Shown piece after piece: positions 34,819-41,651 of a DNA stretch of 64,000 nt. The stretch is from an uncultured Erysipelotrichaceae bacterium. Lineage in GTDB: Bacteria > Bacillota_I > Bacilli_A > RFN20 > CAG-826. Under the pieces are notes generated by a model, which searched no databases, was not told the DNA's origin, and saw only the letters and a list, made by a program, of their open reading frames with translations. The translations under genes and the position numbers were made by a program. Within the stretch, counting starts at the first letter, position 1, and each line of letters opens with the position of its first letter. The stretch is from assembly GCA_902800905.1 (NCBI GenBank), contig CADCGC010000011.1, positions 14,389 through 78,388 of the forward strand. The letters are read 5' to 3'.

Positions 34819-36361
34819 TAAGATACTTATTATTTACAATATCTTGTTTGCCGCTTGTGGCTTAATCTTTTTAGCATCCTTATCAATTCAAATCGCCACT
34901 GTTATATCACCAAGTTTATTTGGAGATGTTACTACAGCGATTGATTTCATTGTTCTTGTTATTTGTATTGTCTCAGGTTTTGGAACAGTGTTTTCACTTA
35001 TCTCAGCCTTTAAAGAAAGAGATTTTATCGCTCAACTCCAAGCTGAAAATACTTACACATTAGGACACGCGATTGCTTTCTATAATCTTGATGCTTTTAG
35101 ACAAAAAGTATCTATGTTCATTCGTTCTCCATTATCAAAGAACAAAAAACAAGCGATTCTTGTTTTCTCAACCGCTTCACTTGAAACTTCATTTAATGCA
35201 TTTAAAAATGATGCGATGACTGAACTCAACTTTAATGTTGCTTCATTCTTAACAGGTTTATTTGAAAACCCAAAGAGTGAATTTGCTAATAAGCGTTATG
35301 TCTTTGGATTTAATAGAGGAATCTTCCTTATTTATTCTTTTGAAGCTGAAGAAGAAAGAGTGAAACAACTTGTAAGTGTAATTCTTACTAAAGTTTATGA
35401 CATAGTCAAAGAATATGATCTCAAGATTTGGGCTCAACCATTCTTTGGTCTTAGAGAAGTGAACAAAGGAGAAAATATCATCAGTGCGATTGAAGATGCG
35501 TTCTCCGCTAGAAGCACTGGAGAAGCAAACTTTGAATCATTCTCAAGATTTGTTCCTCAAATCACCAACCAAGAATCAACAAACTTCTTAAAAGAATTAC
35601 AAGACGCTTTGAATAATGGCGAATTCGTTCCATATTATCAACCAAAATATTCCTTAAAGAAGAAAGAAATTGTCTCTGCTGAAGTTCTTTGTCGATGGAA
35701 TTCTCCTACTAGAGGATTATTAACTCCTGGTGTCTTTATTGATAAAGCTGAACAATTTGGTTTAATCTCTGCAATTGATATTTATATCTTTGAAGCAGCC
35801 CTAAAAGACTTGTCTAACTCTATTAGAAGAGGTAGAAGAGTTATTCCTGTTTCCACAAACTTCTCATTATATGAGTTCTTCTCACATTCATTCTTAGACA
35901 CAATTGTTGCTTTACTACAAAAATATCAAGTTCCACCTTCACTCGTGGAAATTGAAATTACTGAAACAACCTCTCAAGTTAACCAATTCTTATCAGTTTC
36001 CGTTATTAAGAAACTTAAAGATAAAGGCATCAGAGTCTTAATGGATGACTATGGTGTTGGATATTCTCAAATTGATAACTTGAAGAATATTCCTTTCGAT
36101 GCGATTAAAATCGATAAATCATTCGCTGATGAATTACTTGAAGATGAAAAGACACGCTCAATCGTGAAGTTCTTAGTGGAACTTGGCCATGTCAATGACA
36201 TGGAAGTCATTATCGAAGGTGTTGAAAAGAAAGAACAAGTTGATATATTAAGAAAGATGGGAGTCGACACAATTCAAGGATTCTATTATTCTAAAGCTTT
36301 AAGCTTTGCGGATTATGAAGAATTCCTTAAGAACAATCCATTTGAAGGAGGAAAGAAATAA
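34805..36361 (+). CDS. Membrane-bound c-di-GMP phosphodiesterase (EAL domain, catalytic residues apparently intact; degenerate GGDEF-like middle domain)
   Basis: Two N-terminal TM helices. EAL blocks are all present: YYQPKY, AEVLCRW, STNFS, EIEITET, MDDYGVGYS, IKIDKSF, IEGVE, IQGFYYSKA. Confidence 0.8.
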   Translation: MNKNNKILIIYNILFAACGLIFLASLSIQIATVISPSLFGDVTTAIDFIVLVICIVSGFGTVFSLISAFKERDFIAQLQAENTYTLGHAIAFYNLDAFRQKVSMFIRSPLSKNKKQAILVFSTASLETSFNAFKNDAMTELNFNVASFLTGLFENPKSEFANKRYVFGFNRGIFLIYSFEAEEERVKQLVSVILTKVYDIVKEYDLKIWAQPFFGLREVNKGENIISAIEDAFSARSTGEANFESFSRFVPQITNQESTNFLKELQDALNNGEFVPYYQPKYSLKKKEIVSAEVLCRWNSPTRGLLTPGVFIDKAEQFGLISAIDIYIFEAALKDLSNSIRRGRRVIPVSTNFSLYEFFSHSFLDTIVALLQKYQVPPSLVEIEITETTSQVNQFLSVSVIKKLKDKGIRVLMDDYGVGYSQIDNLKNIPFDAIKIDKSFADELLEDEKTRSIVKFLVELGHVNDMEVIIEGVEKKEQVDILRKMGVDTIQGFYYSKALSFADYEEFLKNNPFEGGKK

Positions 36362-37119
36362 TGATCGTGGTCATTGGTGCGTCACATGATGACATCCTTT
36401 ATTTCGAGAAAGTTCTTTATAACAGACGTGAAGAAGTTTTCTTAAACCGTTACGTTGCTTATATTGGAACGGTCTTCAATCAAGAACTTTTAGTTATGGG
36501 TGACCAATATGGTTCCATTCTTTCTAGTGCGGTTGTTTCTCATATTTTAAATAAATATTATGTCGATTTAGTAATCTGTGTCGGTCGTTGCTTTGGTATT
36601 GATAAACGCACCAAGAGTGGTGACATTGTTATTTCAAATAACATCATAGATGTTAATGCTGATTTATCTTTAGTTAAAAACGTTGGAATTGGACAAATTC
36701 CAGGTTTCCAACATGAATTCAAAGTTCAAAACGATATTATCAACTACCTTAAAAAAGGTGTTGGTAAGAGAAGCTATATCACTTCTTACGACGCAGTCTA
36801 TTTATCAAGTGATAATTTAGCAGAAGAAACATTAAAGATTTTAAATCAAAATCGAGGAGTATATGGCATCACCGATGAAAGAATCGTCTTTGATCATAAT
36901 AGCGCTGGTGTCGCTTTAGCGGCCACCTTGAAAGACATTCCATATGTCTCGATTAAAGTCGTTCAAAATCTTTTAGATAAAGAAGAAAATATCGATGACT
37001 ATCTTAAAGTTCTCGATAAATATATCGATTTAGGTAAGTCAGTTGTTTCTACAATTGGTGATATTGGTAGAAATGATATCTTAAGAGGAGGTATTGGTAA
37101 TGAATACAAAGGGTCGTAA
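36361..37119 (+). CDS. MTA/SAH nucleosidase (Pfs, PNP_UDP_1)-like protein, catalytic residues apparently substituted
   Basis: MIVVIGASHDDILYF ... GDIVISNNIIDVNADL ... GQIPGF aligns by eye with the Pfs blocks MKIGIIGAMEEEV ... GDIVVSDEARYHDADV ... GQLPGC. Positions matching the Pfs acidic catalytic residues read SHDD, DHNS and VQN. Confidence 0.5.
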   Translation: MIVVIGASHDDILYFEKVLYNRREEVFLNRYVAYIGTVFNQELLVMGDQYGSILSSAVVSHILNKYYVDLVICVGRCFGIDKRTKSGDIVISNNIIDVNADLSLVKNVGIGQIPGFQHEFKVQNDIINYLKKGVGKRSYITSYDAVYLSSDNLAEETLKILNQNRGVYGITDERIVFDHNSAGVALAATLKDIPYVSIKVVQNLLDKEENIDDYLKVLDKYIDLGKSVVSTIGDIGRNDILRGGIGNEYKGS

Positions 37120-40100
37120 TTTTCTCGATCGTCAAAAGAACCTATCTTCCTTAGGAAGATTCTACCTAATCGTTCCAGCGGTTATTTTAGGTGTGGATGT
37201 TATCGTTTCCATTATTTTCGCGGTATTATATCTCGCTAAAGAAGAAAGAGTGTTCTTAATTCTTTTAATTGTCTTCTTTGCCTTATCTTTACTTGCCTAT
37301 ATTGCTTTCTCTATCTTTATGATGAAAAGATTACACGCGGTGTATTATGAACAAATCTATTTAACAACTTATTCCAATATCAAAAAACTCGCCGCTAACG
37401 ATACAAGTTTTGATTTCTATCGTGATTTGAATATCGATGAAGTCGATAGCATGAATGACGCCATGCATGATATTAAAAAGAAATTCGACAATTCTTATTT
37501 AGTGGTCACAACACCAGATTACACTAATCTTAACTTAGAATATGTCGATAAGAATCGTAATTTAATTACCTTTGAATCTTTCAAAAAGAATCTCTTTAAT
37601 ATCATCCATGTTTCTCAATCCTTTAAAAACACCTTAATCTCTGTTTCTTATATGTTAGATGATGAATTGTCAGAAGATGATAAGAATAGAATTCTTAACC
37701 TATATTTCCATACATTTAATGACTATGAAAGAACATTATTCATGTTTGGAGAAGACGGAAAATCTTTAATCATTTATCTACCAGTTATCGACTCTTTAAG
37801 TAGAGTTAAAGAACAATTAGAGCTCACCGCTAGTGATAGTTCAATCGTCATTAGAGAAGCTGGTGGACTTAGAAATATCGCTCCTAGATATGCTCTTGTA
37901 GTCTATCCATATTCTAGTGAAGAATATCTTTTAAGTGATCTTAGATATGCTAGAAGACAAAACAAGAATATGAATATCTTCATTCCTAATAGAATTGAAA
38001 ATAATATTGGCAAAAATCTCTTAATGAGTAGCACGATGAATCATAGCTATATGTCAAAGATTCTTTCTAAGATTTCTACATTAGAGTATAACGCGACAAA
38101 CAGTGAAGAAAGTGAAACCGCAATTAAAGCTTTATTTGATGAATTAGTGAAATTCTTAGAATTAGATGAAGCCGGTATCATCGTTTACGATGATTCTACT
38201 AAAGCGTATCGCCTACTCCTCGCTAGTGAAGGAGCAAATATCTTCCAAAAGAATAAAACTATTGACCAATCCTTCATTTCTTCTTTAGAAAGTGCTTCTG
38301 AAGATGATGGTTCATATTATTTCTCAACCAGAAATCACGCGAATAAAGTCTTAGGCCGTCAACTTGATTTCTTTGGAATTAAAAGTGGATATTATCAAGT
38401 CGTTACTAATGCGGACGGACGAACTATCGCTTTGATTTACTTCTTTAATAGATATCGCGATTTCTATATCGATTCCTATTTAAGAGAATCATTCTTCATG
38501 CTCTGTTTAAGAATCGCTCACTACTTTGAAAAGAAAGAACTTCTTGATTATCTTGATCTCCGTAATAGCGAGAATGAATATATCCTCTCCATGAGTGATT
38601 ATATGCTTTATAAATCAAACGATGAATTTACCCTTACATATTTATCTAATGATTTAAAGAAATTCATTCCAAAAGCCACAATTGGAGGATATTGTTATAA
38701 AGAATTATATGGATTTGATCGTCCATGTAACGACTGTCCAAAAAGAACCTTTAAAGCTAAAGAAGTTACTCTTGGTAAGAAGAGATTTGAATTATCTTTG
38801 AACCTTAACGAAAGAAAGAAACAAAACTACGCAATGTTATTAAAAACTCTTTCTGATGACGAAGATGTTGATTCAAGAGTCCTCTTTAATGAAAACTATC
38901 TCACATATTCCTATTATTCATTACATAAAGTCTTAAAGAACGAATATACATCAAGTGGTCGTGGTTATGTTTTACTTTTAACCATCGATAACTTTGATTC
39001 ATTCTTAGAGAGCCAAAAAGAACAAGGATTGCTTTTCTGTGTCCGTTCATTAATTAGAAATATCAAAAACAAATTAAAGATCTCTGATGTCTATCTCTAT
39101 AACCCATCGACAATTGCGATTCATCTTCCATCATATGGTCATGCGGATGTTCTTAATATTTGCGAAAACATCTATGATGTTTCTAAAGAACATTATTTAG
39201 ATGATGGTAGTGATGATCAATTTAAATTAACATATCTTCCTGTTGGTTATCCTCGTGGATATGCTTCAGTTGATGACTTTATGAGACATATGGGTGATTT
39301 CTATCGTTCTGATAAGAATGAAAGAGGCAAAGACTTCATTTACTTCTGTGACTATGCGATTAGCCGTAGTGCTTCTAAACGTGAATTCATGTTATCCGTC
39401 ATTGAAAATGAATTCTCTGGTCAATCTACAGCCTCTGTTAATCTTCAACCAATCGTTCAAGTTTCTAACAAACACATCTATGGCGCAGAAATTCTTCTCC
39501 GTATTAACGACGTTCATAGAGGAGTCTTCTTTAACGCGGAAGAGATTTCACGTATCGCTGAAAAAGAAAATAAGACTCATATCATTACTGAATCAATCAT
39601 TAACTTTGTTGGTAACTTATATAAAGAGCACGGTAAAGGTGCATTCAAAATTAACGATTTTGAACGTATCGCGATTAACATCGACCAAACTTACTTAAAA
39701 GATCCAAACTTAATTAAATCAGTTATTGAACTCGTTGAGAAAAATAACATTCCTGATAACTTCATTTCCTTTGAAATTCCTGAGGATATGATTCCAGATA
39801 ATATCGACAAGATTAAAGACTTCGCTAATCAGTTGAAGAGTTACCATATCTTCTTCTCTTGCGATAGATTTACTGGAGAATATATCGGTAGTGAAAAGCT
39901 TAAGGATTTAGGATTTAACGAAGTTAAGATTGCTCGTAACTTAATCATTAAGATTGATAAAGACCCAATTCAACTTAAGGCGGTTGAAGATATCGTGAAG
40001 AACGCTCATAACGTTGGTATTAAAGTTGCTGTCGTTGGTGTTGAAAACGAAGCACAATATAATATTCTTAAGAATCTAGATAATGAAATGGTGGTCCAAG

Positions 40101-40165
40101 GTTACTACTTCTATAAACCGCTTACTAGAAGTGACCTTATTAGTGCGATTGTTTCATATAACTAG
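37100..40165 (+). CDS. Large membrane protein with degenerate GGDEF-like and degenerate EAL domains (LapD-like candidate c-di-GMP receptor)
   Basis: GAGGAG RBS then ATG at 37100. Two TM helices. Cys motif CYKELYGFDRPCNDCPKR. GGDEF-like region lacks GGDEF (YNPSTIAIHL). The EAL fold is retained (LQPIVQ, AEILLRI, INID, SFEIPED, VQGYYFYKP), but DDxG reads CDRF, KID reads KIA and EGVE reads VGVE. Confidence 0.65.
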   Translation: MNTKGRNFLDRQKNLSSLGRFYLIVPAVILGVDVIVSIIFAVLYLAKEERVFLILLIVFFALSLLAYIAFSIFMMKRLHAVYYEQIYLTTYSNIKKLAANDTSFDFYRDLNIDEVDSMNDAMHDIKKKFDNSYLVVTTPDYTNLNLEYVDKNRNLITFESFKKNLFNIIHVSQSFKNTLISVSYMLDDELSEDDKNRILNLYFHTFNDYERTLFMFGEDGKSLIIYLPVIDSLSRVKEQLELTASDSSIVIREAGGLRNIAPRYALVVYPYSSEEYLLSDLRYARRQNKNMNIFIPNRIENNIGKNLLMSSTMNHSYMSKILSKISTLEYNATNSEESETAIKALFDELVKFLELDEAGIIVYDDSTKAYRLLLASEGANIFQKNKTIDQSFISSLESASEDDGSYYFSTRNHANKVLGRQLDFFGIKSGYYQVVTNADGRTIALIYFFNRYRDFYIDSYLRESFFMLCLRIAHYFEKKELLDYLDLRNSENEYILSMSDYMLYKSNDEFTLTYLSNDLKKFIPKATIGGYCYKELYGFDRPCNDCPKRTFKAKEVTLGKKRFELSLNLNERKKQNYAMLLKTLSDDEDVDSRVLFNENYLTYSYYSLHKVLKNEYTSSGRGYVLLLTIDNFDSFLESQKEQGLLFCVRSLIRNIKNKLKISDVYLYNPSTIAIHLPSYGHADVLNICENIYDVSKEHYLDDGSDDQFKLTYLPVGYPRGYASVDDFMRHMGDFYRSDKNERGKDFIYFCDYAISRSASKREFMLSVIENEFSGQSTASVNLQPIVQVSNKHIYGAEILLRINDVHRGVFFNAEEISRIAEKENKTHIITESIINFVGNLYKEHGKGAFKINDFERIAINIDQTYLKDPNLIKSVIELVEKNNIPDNFISFEIPEDMIPDNIDKIKDFANQLKSYHIFFSCDRFTGEYIGSEKLKDLGFNEVKIARNLIIKIDKDPIQLKAVEDIVKNAHNVGIKVAVVGVENEAQYNILKNLDNEMVVQGYYFYKPLTRSDLISAIVSYN

Positions 40166-40190
40166 TTAAATTATCATTTATTACGAAAAT

Positions 40191-40211
40191 AAGCGCGAGA
40201 AGCGCTTTTTT
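40191..40211 (+). terminator. Rho-independent terminator ending the riboswitch-3 operon
   Basis: aagcgc-gagaa-gcgctt followed by a T run. It is the first convincing terminator after 24898. Confidence 0.75.
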
Positions 40212-40242
40212 CTTATATAATCAATTAGAAGAGGATTTCAAT

Positions 40243-40734
40243 ATGGCAGAACGTGATCAAGTATTAGAAATAATGGAAATAACGGCAAAATACACGGATG
40301 GTAGCAGAATCAGTGTGATTTTAAATAAATATGATGAGTGGGTTTCTTCTATTGGAAGAGAAAACGCTTTCTCTTTGTTTAATTACATTGCCTCTACTTC
40401 ATATCATATCGTTGAAAAAACAACACATAATGGATCTGATTTAATTACTTATCTCTATAATTATTTCGCTAACGAGAATATTTACGCTAGGCAAGCAAGA
40501 TTTGCCTTTAGAACATATTTTGAAGACTCTATTTCTAAAGAAATAACTCCACACATGGATTTAACAACCATCAGTTGGAAATACAATATAATTATCGATA
40601 AATATAATGGAGATAAAGAATTGATGCAAAGTGATGTTTTTCTACTCATTTGTGTTTTATCGACATTTGATAAAGTTGCAAATATGGCAAAATCAGATGC
40701 TTTACTTAATCTATTAACCTTCTGGTATCATTAA
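40243..40734 (+). CDS. Hypothetical cytoplasmic protein
   Basis: 163-aa ORF with a purine-rich RBS-like sequence and its own terminator. No recognisable motifs. Confidence 0.4.
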   Translation: MAERDQVLEIMEITAKYTDGSRISVILNKYDEWVSSIGRENAFSLFNYIASTSYHIVEKTTHNGSDLITYLYNYFANENIYARQARFAFRTYFEDSISKEITPHMDLTTISWKYNIIIDKYNGDKELMQSDVFLLICVLSTFDKVANMAKSDALLNLLTFWYH

Positions 40735-40740
40735 AAAAGA

Positions 40741-40760
40741 AAAGCGCAATCGCGCTTTTT
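40741..40760 (+). terminator. Rho-independent terminator
   Basis: aaagcgc-aatc-gcgcttt followed by T. Confidence 0.6.
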
Positions 40761-40842
40761 AAATACTTTCTTATTGCATAATTATATTTATATTATAATT
40801 CATTACAAAGTAATGAAATTAGCACTCGATATACATGAGTGC

Positions 40843-40869
40843 TTGACTCTCTCTCTCTCTCTCTAAAAT
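40843..40869 (+). promoter_or_regulatory. Candidate promoter whose -35/-10 spacer consists of a CT dinucleotide repeat
   Basis: TTGACT at 40843-40848 and TAAAAT at 40864-40869, separated by 15 nt of pure CT repeat, 29 nt upstream of the ATG at 40898. Confidence 0.5.
40847..40864. repeat. (CT)9 microsatellite
   Basis: Nine uninterrupted CT units read directly from the sequence. Confidence 0.98.
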
Positions 40870-40897
40870 TTAATCATAAAGTGATTAATTTGGTTGC

Positions 40898-41638
40898 ATG
40901 GAAAAGAGAGACTTATTTAAACTTACAAAAAGTGAAAACAATGAGGATCTAATTGAAGAATACATTTTATCTTTTAAAAAAGATAATCCATCCATTGATG
41001 TTCAAACAATAACAGATGACGATATTGACCCCATATATTTTTCTTATGATAAAAAAATAAGAATATTGATACTTGGAACACACGTAACAATCAATTCGCT
41101 CAATGCAAGACTTCAATATACAAACGTAAGAAATAATAAGTTTTGGACTATTTTAGAATCGGTTTTTAATTTAAACGGTCTAACTTCACTGACAAAAAAA
41201 TATGAGCAATGTTTTAAGAGCGTTAAAAATGAAAACCCTATTAATTATAATAAGCTCTATGATATTAAAAAGATGATTGTTCATTGTCTTAAAAAAACAA
41301 AATTTGATATAGCAATTTCAGACATAATCGGTTGCTGCAGATGTTTAAGTGGCAGGGATAGGGATATAATTCCTGGAACAGAAAAGAAATCTAGAGATTT
41401 GGACAAACTAATTAATGATGCCGATTTAATTGTATTTAATGGGAGAAACACTGAAACTATATTAAATGATTTGATCAAAAGAAAACGTTTTATATTTAAT
41501 TTTTCATACAAAGAGAAATCTATTGCCGTTATAAGCACAAGTGGTGTTGCTAGTATTAAAGTCGAACAAAAGATTAAATGTTGGAAATGTATGATTAATT
41601 CAAAACTAAAAGAATTAAATGTTGCAGAACAGATATAA
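40898..41638 (+). CDS. UDG-superfamily protein (DNA-deoxyinosine/hypoxanthine-DNA glycosylase-like)
   Basis: RILILGTHVTINSLNARLQYTNVRNNKFWTILESVF resembles the LILGSFPS..S....YY.....N.FW motif of family-6-type glycosylases. Assignment is tentative. Confidence 0.4.
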   Translation: MEKRDLFKLTKSENNEDLIEEYILSFKKDNPSIDVQTITDDDIDPIYFSYDKKIRILILGTHVTINSLNARLQYTNVRNNKFWTILESVFNLNGLTSLTKKYEQCFKSVKNENPINYNKLYDIKKMIVHCLKKTKFDIAISDIIGCCRCLSGRDRDIIPGTEKKSRDLDKLINDADLIVFNGRNTETILNDLIKRKRFIFNFSYKEKSIAVISTSGVASIKVEQKIKCWKCMINSKLKELNVAEQI

Positions 41639-41651
41639 AAGGAGAAGTTAT

